Shown: piece after piece, positions 1-13,180 of the stretch
How positions within the stretch are numbered: position 1 is the first letter of the stretch
Layout of the letters: every line of letters starts with the position of its first letter
Source: Curvularia clavata
Lineage: Eukaryota
Assembly: GCA_023920165.1 (NCBI GenBank)
Contig: CP089277.1
Span: 2,914,001 to 2,978,000 of the forward strand
Direction of reading: 5' to 3'
Length of the DNA: 64,000 bases
Made by a program: the position numbers and the translations under genes
The notes under the pieces: model-generated
The model's input: the letters and a program-made list of their open reading frames with translations, nothing else
Told to the model about the DNA's origin: nothing
Databases searched by the model: none

Positions 1-2365
1 AGCTTGTCTGTCCATTGACCACTAGTTCCGTGGCTCCTGGAGCAAGCGAAATTGTGGTTCCGGATATCACTATGGAGCCACCAGCAGTTAACAGTATGGA
101 TCCGATCAGATATTCAGTCGCTGTTCCGGGTAATGGCTTGAATGTCACGTCTCCTATGGTTAGGAGAGGAGCGCTGGTAGGTAGGGGAACAGCAGCATTG
201 GTCAATGTCGACGTAACGTGATTGATCACGATAAAAGAGGCAGATGGGGCTAGTGACAACGTAGTACCAGAAATAGTAATCGCTGGACCTCCTGCGAAGA
301 GAGTTTCGCTGGCGACTACGAATGCTGGTCCTGAAGGCCTTGGAAGAGCACTGAATACCTGATTACCAACAGCGATAGTAGTTGGTGAAGAGACTGCCTC
401 GGTCTGGGCTCTCAACGTCGAAGAAGCTCCGTTGGCAATTAGCACATCTCCAGAAGGGTTCAGTGAAAGTGTTGTTCCTGAAAACGTGATAGCTGCTCCA
501 CCAGGAAGTAATGTCTGGTCAGACAGCACGAACGTGGGAGCCGCGCTGGGGTTGACTTGAGCGGGTTGTGCAGTTATCGTCGAGCTACCGAATACAAATT
601 GAGGTGTTTGAGTTGTAGTTGGTAGCAATACACCGCCTGTGGAGAGAACCTGGGTCGAACCACCAATAACGACGAAGGAAGCTGAGGGCGCAAGACTCAC
701 AACTGTACCATCAACAGTTGCGACACCACCTGGGGTCAAAGTTTGCCCTGGGGCGACGAAGAATTGAGTGGCAGCATTTGGCACTAGCGTAGACGAACCC
801 ACGGTCAATACCGGTGGTACGGGTGCCTGGAAGACTTGAGGTAGCAGACTTGTCTGACCACCCAAGACGATAGCTGTAGCCGAAGGTGCTAGGGAGACAG
901 GTGTTCCGTCGCCTACGTTAACAGCAGGGCCTCCTGGTTGCAGTGTTTGCGAGCCGATTACAACCTCGGAGGATGGGCCAATCACGATAGGGCTTGCTCC
1001 AACTGAGCCCACGGTAACGGATGCGGCCCCAAGGACGCGTGCTGTAGGCAGCAGTCCAGGAAGATTACTAGCTCTTACGCTGGCAGGGGTGGGCTGCATG
1101 CTCGTACTCGGAAGATTCCAATCCGCGACGGTAAGCGGGATCTTGTTGGAAGTTTCGGGTCCAAAGCCGTTCATGACAACAGGGGGTTCCTCGAACCCGT
1201 CTACCGATGACTCGAAATGAATGAAGAACGGATCAAGATTAGGTCGATTTCGGTAGTATAGATTGACAACAATGAGAACTGTCACCGTGGCCTGGAGTTG
1301 ACCAGCTTCGCAGTCCGAATGTGGAATTTGCTCAAGGAATTCTTCTGGTACAGGTCCAATAGCGGTATTTTTGTCGTCAGCGTCGTCTAGTCGATACGGA
1401 TAAGCCTGTGCAGATTGAAGCTGCACTCTTCTTGTTTCGTTGCCAGTCTCGATCTCGTAAGCAGTGAAATAAACGAAAGGCGTGGCGGACGTCTCAGCTT
1501 GGGTGACATTTGGTGCAAGTGTCACTACAGCTGTCGCTGAAGGGAACGAGTCCGGGCGGTATAAGTCGTATGATAGAGCATCCGAGATAGGGATGATGCC
1601 TTCTGACGGAAACGGCGAATATCCTTCAGATCGATAGATGACAGACGTCGTAGCCGCGCTAGGTGTTCCTGTATATTGCACACACATTGTCAAAGTAAAG
1701 TCGAACTCGGAATAATACGATTCTGTGAAAGTGCAGGCAAAATCTGACACTACTGCGCTTGTTACATCAAACGATGCTGTCTGAGGAACGAGTGTGTATG
1801 ATTGAGGATTTGTAAAATTTAGTGCTGCTGTTGTCATTGTCCCAATCGCATAACTATACGTCGGTGCAAACCAGTAGTCCAGGCTTGCATTGGGTATGTT
1901 GATTGTGCATGTCGCATTCGAACTGCGAGTAGGTTTTGTAGTGCCATTGATGGGAGTAGGGGCTAGCTCTGGAGTCACAGACAACAGTCCATCTAAGGAT
2001 GATGATGTGGCATTTGGAGGGATAGAAAGAGCCTGTGGTCTGGACGCGACCACGTTGGTTGGTTGTGATGTCTCATATTCGCTGGATGTTCCCGTAGCAT
2101 TGCTGTAAAAGTTCTGTAAACTGGTTGCGGAAGACGTAACGACCGATGTTGTTAAGGGTGTTTGAGCAGAGATGGACAAAGCTGTCGTAAAAGTTGTGTT
2201 GGAATATGGAGCTAAGCGATTTGGTCAGCATTCAGCGATGCAGAGCCCACAGGCTCAATCGAGTTTGTTGTTACCCGTTTCGTTTGCGCTACCGCGACGA
2301 TTAAACACAGCTCCCGCAGTAAATGAAACCAAGGTTAACGTGACAAGCGAGTGATATAAAGACAT
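1..2365 (-). CDS. Secreted Ser/Thr/Gly/Pro-rich repeat (mucin-like/cell-surface) protein, 3' end outside window
   Basis: ATG at 2365 gives MSLYHSLVTLTLVSFTAGAVFNRR (signal peptide). Intron 2274-2212 (GTAACA..CTGAC..TAG). The frame then continues to position 1, with repeated units like QTLQPGGPAVNVGDGTPVSLAPSATAIVLGG and QTLTPGGVATVDGTVVSLAPSASFVVIGG. Absent from the ORF track because there is no stop in the window. Confidence 0.85.
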
Positions 2366-3914
2366 GGTGGTGATAAAGTGCCGCGCATGCAGGCACTCTA
2401 TCCAACGCGCACGTTGTGAGCTCTGAGTCGCCCGGGAAAAACGATAGACATATGAGGGTGCAGGAATAATCTGGGACAGCGGGTCCAGGCCATTTTGAGC
2501 CTATCAGGGGGCGTGTCTAAAGGCTATTCGGAGCCGAGAGGTGCATGAGGGAGCTAGACAACATCAAGTCCGAGAGTAGCACCAAAGTTGTTTTGCCGTC
2601 CAGATGCAGACTGGACAGGTTGAAGGGTCTCGGCCTGGTCGCCCACGACGTGCAACAGAAGGCCAATGGCGCGGGCTGCTCGCTCAACAGGGTGTATTCG
2701 GCCATTTTCCCTGCACGTGTGGCTGGCTGGCTGGCGTGCCAATTCAGGCCCCCAGCCATTGACTGGAGCAGCAGTAGGTGACTCTCCTGAAGTGTGGGGA
2801 TGCAGGCACTATAGCAGATCGGCGTGAACGAACGCTTCCCTGGATTGCGCGAGTCAGTGCACCAGGTCTCAAACTGTGCTTGTACAATCTGGCAGGGCTC
2901 TAGTTTGACTGGATGCTCGCTGTGACTTTGGTGGGCGTGCAGCTGTGGCCGAGGATGGAGGCGCCATGTTGAGAGCAGGCGGGTAAGCTGCAGCGCAGCA
3001 TGGCAGTAGACGAGGCGGCATGTTATTTGAATGAGTGCGCTGGTGAAGTGCGTTGATCACATGTCGACATTTGGACAAGCGTATCGGAAAGCAGTTCGGA
3101 AAAGGAAGCTAATGGGCGAGTGGGTCGATCAGGGAATCCAGAATGCGCCGGCATGGTGGGCAAGGAGCGGGTGGCTGGCTCCCTGAGGAAGTCCGGCCTT
3201 GGGCGTTGCACATGGCAGCGCCTTGCCGTGGCGTCGTGTCGTCGTCGACATGCCGCCCGCCAGGCTCATTCGGGTTCTTTGCGCGAAAAAAGGAAACACG
3301 CATAATACGCATAGTATAGGTAGGTAGGTTGGTAGGACGAGGGCTCGGGTGGCTCGTAGGTGCAGTCGCGGCAGTCATCTACCTTCATCTATGGTGCTGC
3401 GGAAGAATGCCGGCTGAAAGCAGCGGGAGGGGTATCACTGTACGTACGGTGTATCACGCACCGTGTGGATTCGCCGGGGCTGCCGCCAGACGACGGCTAG
3501 GGCGCATCTGGCACCTCAGAGCGGCCGTCACGTCGCAAGTGACGATGGTGGTGCCAGTGGGAGCGGGAGCTGGCCGTCGAACTAGGCGCGAGCCGTGGGC
3601 GTGGCAAAGGGGCAGACTGCGCTGTCGAGCCAAGGCATTGATTGTGCAGCACAGCGCAATCTTTGCTACAGGGCTTGGCCTGCTCGGCTCAAATACCCCA
3701 GGGCTCGGCCAATCTGGCTCCAGACGAAAGTCTGAGTGCTTTTGCGCGTCTGACTATCCCGGCCTGCCCTCCTCCCCTCTCCCCTCCCGTCTCCCTCCCC
3801 TCTTCGTGGCGCTGGCGGAGGCAGACAATGTCGCTCAGTGATGCTGCTCGCTGCAAACCGTCGTCCTTGAGTGGCTCTCCCTTCATCTTTCCATAGGCCG
3901 CCTAGGCCCGGAAC

Positions 3915-6084
3915 ATGATCGCTCTGCGAAGCCGTCGCGGCTTCGTCTCGACAGTATGCCCTCTCCTCGCTGCTACGCTACTCCTGCCGGGCCTCGCTGC
4001 CAAATATGTCCACCCAAATATCACACAAACGCCCAACTTCAAACTGCTGCCCGGCGTGGCCTCGGTGCCAGCACCCGTCTCCGTTTCGCCCGACCAGAGC
4101 TGGATGGGAATCGATGGTGCATGGAGCACCTTCTCTCTCAACCTAGGCGCACCGGGCCAGCCCATGCATGTCTTCGTCTCCACAGCTAGCCAGCAGATTT
4201 GGGCCGTCAATCAACTGGCCTGCATTGTCAACATTACGGATCCTGTCACGGGGAACATCACTGGCCTCAATGTCTTGGATTCCGAATGTAGAGAAAGTCG
4301 TGGCTTTCTGTTCAACACCGACGTCTCCTTGACGTGGCAACAGAAGGGATACTACCAATTGTGGATAGAGAAGAATCTGGGACTCGTTGGAAATGGTCTC
4401 TATGGCTTTGACTCGGTCGGCATGGGATTGAAGGGTGACGAAGGGCCTCTTGTCGACAACACGACAATCAGTACACTAGTCACACCCAATTTCTGGCTCG
4501 GACATATCGGCGTGCACGCAAAGTCGACCAACTTTTCCGCCTTCGAAGACTCTGTCCCAAGCTACCTGACGGACCTCTTCGATCAAAAGAGTATCCCGAG
4601 TAAATCCTTTGGTTACACAGCTGGCGCCCAGTACCGTAAGACACGTCTATTCTCCACTTGACCATGACTGACATGTGTGTCTAGGCGATCAAACCATACT
4701 CGGCAGTCTTACTCTTGGCGGCTACGATGCTTCACGCATAGTTCCCAATGATCTCACCTTCATCTTGGCCCCAGACAACGAGCGAGACCTAGTTGTGGGT
4801 GTGGTTGGTCTCACCGCAAACACTACCAACAAGAAAGACATCGACCTCCTGGGCAGCCTGGGTGGCCGCAACGGTGTCGCCATGTTCATCGATACGACTA
4901 TCGCGGAACTGTACTTTCCAGTCGCAATTTGCGAGGCCTTTGAAAATGCCTTTGGATTGCAATACGACAAGGCCACTGATCTTTACCTTGTCGACGACGC
5001 CCTTCACCAAAGTCTCTTGTCACAGAATCCCACCGTTACGTTTACGCTCGGCCAGAAATTCAGCAGTGATGCAACGGTGACGATTACTCTGCCCTATGCT
5101 GCCTTTGACATGGAGGCCTCGCCACCTTATAGAGATTTGCAGAACAAGACACGCTACTTCCCTATCCGGCGAGGCAACGAGTCAAGCGATTGGGTGCTGG
5201 GAAGAACGTTTTTGCAAGAGGCCTATCTGACTGTGGACTGGGAGCGCGAGAACTTTACAGTGTCGGCTGTCGACTGGACGTTTGGCAAAGCGCCAGAAAT
5301 ACTCCCAATTGTCTCGCCTCAATATGCAGTCTCATCTCCCACATCCCAGAAGAAGAAGAAGGGCCTGGCTTCTGCCGTCATCATTGGTCTTGCTGTGGGA
5401 GGGGGCTTTTTCTTTGCCTTGGTCGTATGTGCTATTGGGTGGTTCTTTTGGCGCCGACGCCATAAACGGGACTTGGAGGCAATCGAAGCCAAGCACCAAG
5501 CCGAGGTTGCCGCAGTTGCAGCCAAGAAGGTGGAGGAGCCTCCGCTTACCGCTACGCGCAGTAATGCAGACGAGAGGACAATCTATTCCAAAGCCGAATT
5601 ACCCGGCGAACCTGTGATGAATCATGAGGGCGGTTCGAGCACGCAAGAAAAGGGCTTCATGACGGTCAACGAAGCCGACGGTACAGAAAGACAGATTTAC
5701 GAGATGCCTGGCGACATGCCAGTCCCCCAGGAAGCAGACGGGCGCCAGCTGTCGGAAAAAGAATCCATGGTTGCGCGCGAAAAGATATACAACGGTGTGG
5801 ATCCGAGTGGGACACAAGAAGTGGCGCAAGTGGCGCAGGAGCCTCGACGCACACTGTCTCCGTGCGAGGTCTCGATGGTCAGCGGCCAGCTGCCACACGA
5901 TGTCTCGCCCACTACTCCACGCGCACCACGGGACGGGGCGTTCTTAGAGGCTTCCGACACGTTTTTCCAGCTGCCTCCGTACCGCGCACGTGACGCCAGG
6001 CGAGCGGACACGGACGAGGCGCCCATCTCGCCATTGGAAGAGTCGACAGATGCATCGCGACGGCGGTTTTCGTACGAGTCATGA
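3915..6084 (+). CDS. Type-I membrane pepsin-like (A1 aspartic protease fold) protein, probably non-catalytic
   Basis: Signal peptide; pepsin hallmarks (GLYGFDSVG, SFGYTAGA, GSLTLGGYD, VLGRTFLQEAYLTVDWE); intron 4636-4684; TM segment AVIIGLAVGGGFFFALVVCAIGWFFW followed by RRRHKR; long cytoplasmic tail. Confidence 0.9.
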
Positions 6085-6947
6085 GGCTCACAGGCTGGCT
6101 TATTTGGCGACATACTACACACTACATGACGACTGGAGTTTCTGGCATTTGGCGTAACTAGTGGGGCGTTGTCGACTTGGCGGCACGCAACGCTACTGGA
6201 CAGGGCGTTTGGATTCCGGGACTTGATACCTGTGTGATTCTGTGCCAAAGATGCACATAGACGGAGGGAGGGTATCTGGATGAGGCTACATTTTGCTTGA
6301 GCTTGTTGCTGTATATACCCTTGTTTGTTTGTTTGTTCTTTTTTTTGGAGGGGGGCACTTGTATGGCGCGCGCAAAAGCGCAGCGGTGTCAGTAACCACA
6401 CAATACAGTCAGACCGACATGAAATACACTTATGTGCTTACCAAACAGGCCAAGTTTATTCTGGTCAGTACCAATCAATACTACTAAGACAAGGCGGCTG
6501 CGCGGGCAGAGCGGTCTGCGTAGCTGAGCAGAAGGCTGTGTCCTGGGCGTTACAAGCCAGCCGAACCCCTCATCAGCTCTGCGAGTGGACAGCAACCCCA
6601 CTGTAAGACCGCCTTTCTGTTTCCGCCTTTCTGCCTTGTCGCATTGTCCATGGCCTTGTGCATGCTTCAGCCTCCCCGCTGAAGATTCTGCGCCCCATTC
6701 CAGCGTCCCACCCGCTGCATACTTGTACTGCGCATTGTGTGCTGCACACTCGCCACAGCCGCCGCCCCGCTTTGTTCGCAACAGCAGCTGTCAGTCATCA
6801 CATTGGCCGCGCGCCTAGCCCTGGACCATATCTTCTGCCCACCTCCTGCCATTCTCTCCCCAGTGTTCTGTCCTCTGTGACCACCTCGGCCCCTTTTCCC
6901 CAGACTCTCCTCTTGCCGGTCTTCTCCAGCTCAACCCAACCGCCATC

Positions 6948-8559
<1,612 letters not shown>

Positions 8560-9257
8560 TTCAAGTTTGACAAAGAAGTGTTGGATACAAGGACTGTCTA
8601 TCAGTGGCTCGAGCGTGCAGATATGGCACAGTTTGTGACCTACAGGCTTTTACATAATTTCTTGCCATATACAAATCTTCGTTTACTTGCATTTAGGCTC
8701 GGTTGCTGTGTGATTTTTAATATCTGAGTTCCGGAAGTTAATGAGGGGTCAAGGCAAATGCCTTGGCAGTTGATTTTGTTCACCTCGCTGTAAACCCACA
8801 AGGCAAACGAACCCTTGAAGTTCTCCATTATTTTTTAGAATATGAATAAGGAATCTCTTTTTGAACTTTGAGACGGGCAGCATGAGCCATACAAGAGTCT
8901 CGATGGCGGGTAAAGTGATAAGTGTAAAGTTAGGCAATCAGAACGTTGTTTACACATATGCAACACAAAACCCAGGGATTTCCACAATATACAACTAGTA
9001 TACGTATGCACAAGAATTGATGCTTCCATCTTATGTGGTACATGGCTGCGATGGCTTTGGAGATGTTCCTTTTCTGTTCCCCACCCAAATACAATTGCAA
9101 TTGCACGTCGCGCCTCGGACATGGCCCGTGCACCGACCAGGGTCCTCTAGCGCAGTAACTTTTTCGATTCCTACAACTTTGGTCTTGCACTGCAAGTCGA
9201 ACTTTTTTCGTGTCAGTCTCCCACGCCCCGAACCACGCACGATTTGGCGATTTCACA

Positions 9258-11461
9258 ATGTCGCCTACTACGGTCGAGTCTAGCAATAAGAGGAAGCGAT
9301 CCCACAAGAGCAAGAAGAGCGCAGAAGCTGCTGCTGCGCCGGCGCATAATGGCGTAGAGAAGGCGCGCAAGAAGGCACGCAAGGCCAAGGAGGTCGAAGC
9401 TGCTGTGGAGGATCCGGTTGTTGAGGATGCGTCTGCGCATGAAGACAGCGACGAAGAGGAGGTCGAAAATCAATCTGAATCTAAGAAGGATAGCACGGAG
9501 GCGACTGCTCCCAAAGAGGCTGAGAGCGAGGATGAAGCCGACAACGAGAACGACGATAGCAAGCTCGAAGAACTCCCCACCGGCAGCAACGCTCTCGATC
9601 TCCCCTCGGGCACTTCCATGCCGACACCTAACCCAGTTCTTTTTGAAGAGCTCAATCTCTCTGAGCGTACAATGAGCGCCATCAAGGAAATGGGCTTTGA
9701 GAAAATGACAGAGATCCAACAAAAAGCAATCCCGCCGCTCTTGTCAGGCAGGGATGTGCTCGGTGCGGCCAAGACAGGTAGCGGAAAGACGCTTGCCTTT
9801 CTTATACCCGCGATTGAGATGCTTTCGCAGTTGCGATTTAAGCCCCGCAACGGTACCGGTGTCATTGTCGTGAGCCCGACCCGAGAACTGGCGCTCCAGA
9901 TCTTTGGCGTGGCACGCGAGCTCATGGCAAACCACAGCCAGACTTTTGGTATCCTGATTGGAGGAGCGAACCGGAGCGCAGAGGCAGAAAAGATTCGCAA
10001 GGGATTGAACTTGGTTATCGCCACACCCGGAAGACTGCTGGACCACCTCCACAATACGCAGGGCTTTGTTTTCAAGAATCTGCGTTCGTTGATCATCGAT
10101 GAAGCAGACAGAATATTGGAAGTGGGATTCGAGGATGAAATGGTGAGACTGGGTAAATTATGATTTGTAGGACATGTGCTAACTCTCCCCGGTAGCGATC
10201 CATCATCAAGATTCTGCCCACCGAGCGTCAAACCATGCTGTTCTCCGCCACACAGACGACAAAGGTCGAGGACCTCGCCAGGATCTCGCTCAAGCCAGGT
10301 CCTTTGTACATTAATGTCGACCACCGAGCCGAACACAGCACCGTGCAGGGACTGGAGCAAGGCTATGTCCTGTGTGATTCAGACACACGGTTCAGGCTGT
10401 TGTTCAGCTTTTTGAAGAAACGGTATGTGACAATCGCTATGTATATTTTAGAGTGTTTTACTAACTTTGCGTAGTATGTACCGGATTTTTGTGGCCCATG
10501 TCTTGGGACTGTCCAAGTATTTACTAACTCATGTGCAGATCAAAAGAAGAAGGTCATTGTTTTCCTTTCATCCTGTGCATCGGTCGATTTCTACAGCGAA
10601 CTTCTCAACTACATTGACTTGCCTGTGCTTGGTTTACACGGCAAGCTCAAACAGCAAGCACGAACCAACCGCTTTTTCGAGTTTGTGAATGCCCAGAGTG
10701 GCACACTCATCTGTACCGACGTAGCAGCACGAGGTCTCGATATTCCTGAAGTTGACTGGGTGATTCAGTTTGATGTAAGGATATATGCTAGCGAAGAAGT
10801 TGTGTGCAAGCTGCTGACATTGCTAGCCTCCGGATGATCCACGAGACTACATCCACCGCGTCGGACGAACAGCAAGAGGTGCCAACGGCAAAGGCAGGAG
10901 TCTCATGTTCTTGCTGCCGTCAGAAGTTGGCTTCTTGAAGCTTCTCAAGGAGAACCGGGTACCATTGGTTGAAGTAAGTGGTAGCTGGAGTAAAGGCAGT
11001 GAGGCGAGTGCTGACTCTTTGGTTCCAGTTCGAACTGCCCAGCAACAAGATTCTCAACATCCAGAGCCAACTTGAGGCTTTGATGTAAGTTTTCAATCAC
11101 ACTGAAGTGAGCAGGCAGAAGAAACTGATGACGGTTGTAGATCGAAGAATTACTACCTGAACAAGAGTGCCAAGGATGGATACCGGTCCTACCTGCAGTC
11201 ATATGCTAGCCACAGTCTGCGCTCAGTGTTTGATGTGCACAAGCTGGATCTCGTCAAAGTGTAAGTCGATGTGTGACTATCTTGTCGACTGTGTACTAAT
11301 GTTGGACTAGGGCCAAGAGCTTTGGATTCTCGACGCCGCCGCGCATCGACATCAGCCTGGGCGCAAGCTTGAGTCGCGATAAGAAGGTGGAGGGGCGAAG
11401 AGCGTACGGCAGCCAGCCGCAGCAAGGACGACGACCAATGAAGCAGGGCAGGCGGTTTTGA
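9258..11461 (+). CDS. HAS1: DEAD-box RNA helicase Has1 (DDX18 family), 606 aa
   Basis: Exons 9258-10142, 10196-10421, 10539-10774, 10827-10973, 11029-11084, 11141-11260, 11311-11461. Motifs [72 protein letters not shown]. Confidence 0.97.
10422..10538 (+). other. [D1,2] spliceosomal twin intron (stwintron) in HAS1
   Basis: Internal intron 10423-10474 (GTATGT..TACTAAC..TAG) splits the donor of the external intron (G10422 + TATGT at 10475; TACTAAC 10522-10528; CAG 10536-10538). Only two-step removal gives in-frame [17 protein letters not shown]. Confidence 0.88.
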
Positions 11462-12663
11462 GGCAATGCATGGAGCAGAGAGGTACTGATGGGAGTTTGG
11501 CGTACTAAAATATTATGCCGTCTAGGGCAGTGCTTGAGGGATCATGGCTGTAGTCGCATTACATGTTTGGTCAAAACAAGGCACAAAGATTTTTTTTGAG
11601 TGAAGTGTTGATAGGCGGACATGCAACTTGTCAACGTGGTACATGTTGGATGCTGTGCCATGCAAGGGCAGGGCTCCCTCGAATGGCGAGCGAGTGGGCT
11701 TTGGAGGGGCCAAAAAAGTCTGACGGGCGCAAACTGCCAGTTCACTCGTGGCTTGCATGCAGCAGGACGACGACGACCTTGAGTCTGTCAGCTCGTGGCA
11801 GCCAGCCCTACGCAGAGGGGCCCAGACGTGCCAAATGTGACGGGGGCTGTATGGGTGATGCGCTGGCAAGCTGGGCCAGGGTGTGTTTGCCAGGGTCGGG
11901 GGCCAATGGCAGGGCAGAAACGAGGGGCAAAAGAGAGGCGGATGCGTCCGTCCGTGGGTGGGCTCGGCATCATCACCCCTGGTTACCAGCCGGGTAACTA
12001 GATGGGCTAGCTAACAGAAGGCCGAAACATGACGGTGGTATAGTAGTCGCACTCTTTTGGCGGTGAGGGATGCAGGCTGGTCCGAGGCAAAGCAAAGCAG
12101 ACGGCCCACGGTTCAGAGCAGCGTCAAGCAAGGCACAGAGTAAGAATAGCAATCGAGTTGAGGGTTTAGTGACGTGGGTTTTGCTTTTTGGCGTGTGCGA
12201 CCAGCCATCTTTTGCGCCGACGGGACTGTGCCGCGCAGAGGCTGGTAATGGCCAACGGCGGCGGCCACGAGGTTTTTCTCAGGCACGTTGGGCGTCTCGT
12301 GGTGGCTGGGTAGACTGGGTAGACAGCATCCAGCCCAGAAGATCAGGTTAGACACACTGCGACTAGCAACTAGCAGTCCCCTCCCCTTTCTCCCTGACGT
12401 CCTGCCGCCGTGCACTTGGCCTCTCATCACCATCATCATCGCCGCTCTCCCCGCCCCCCCAAAAGCGCAGCCTCTCACGACGGGCGGTTAGCGCCGACCG
12501 GGATCTGCTGCCAGACGCCTTGACCCAGCTTTCTCTCCACCATCGCTGGGGACGACGCTGTTCCTACGCCAGCTGCCTCGACGCCAGCTCCCTCCGAGCT
12601 TCAAACCCCATTGTCACTCGCACGACACTCGCTGTCTGTGCCTCTTCGTGGCGCCGGTATGTC

Positions 12664-12693
12664 CTGACTGACTGACTGACTGACTGACTGACT
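12664..12693 (+). repeat. (CTGA)7.5 microsatellite inside a probable 5'-UTR intron (12657-12830)
   Basis: Perfect tetranucleotide run just after GTATGT at 12657; GCTAAC..CAG ends at 12830. Confidence 0.85.
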
Positions 12694-13180
12694 CTCGCCC
12701 ACCCAAGCGTCCAAGTCGGCTCCCGTCTTGTTTTCTGCCTCTCTCTCCCTCCCGCTCGCCATAACATCCATCTCTCTTTCCCTTCGCTTTTGCTGCTGCC
12801 GCTGTTCAGCTGCTAACACGTGCGCCCCAGCCTTCGCTACGACTCGCCGGCGCTCAGCCCGCTATTGTCGCAGAGCGTCGTCCGCCACAGAGCTGCCTCG
12901 CACAGCCTCTATTCTCCTCTCTGCTATGAACTAGCCATCCTCGCCCTCACCCCATCAATCAACCACGCCGCTGCTGTCCGTGGTTGCTCGAGCCTGCTCC
13001 CGTCGCTCACGTAGCACCACGCACCGTTTGCGCCCGCGCAAACCCGTCGCGGCCACCATCTGGTCCTGCACCCACCCTAGCTGTCGCACTACTTTTCTCT
13101 CTCCCACGTATTCGAGGAAAATGGTGCCGGGCATGTCTTCGCTCATCCACCCCACCTTCTAGGAATCTTCAGATTCTACG

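Noticed and set aside
3329..3841. 170-aa ORF upstream of the pepsin-fold gene
   Set aside because: Non-ATG start in GC-rich promoter/UTR sequence, with no protein features.
9470..10360. 296-aa minus-strand ORF
   Set aside because: Antisense shadow of HAS1 with no independent motifs.
10475..10477. 3-nt micro-exon TAT between two ordinary introns (GTATGT..TAG / GTACCG..CAG) as an alternative to the stwintron
   Set aside because: It gives CGT ATA TCA..., which is out of frame with the conserved [12 protein letters not shown].
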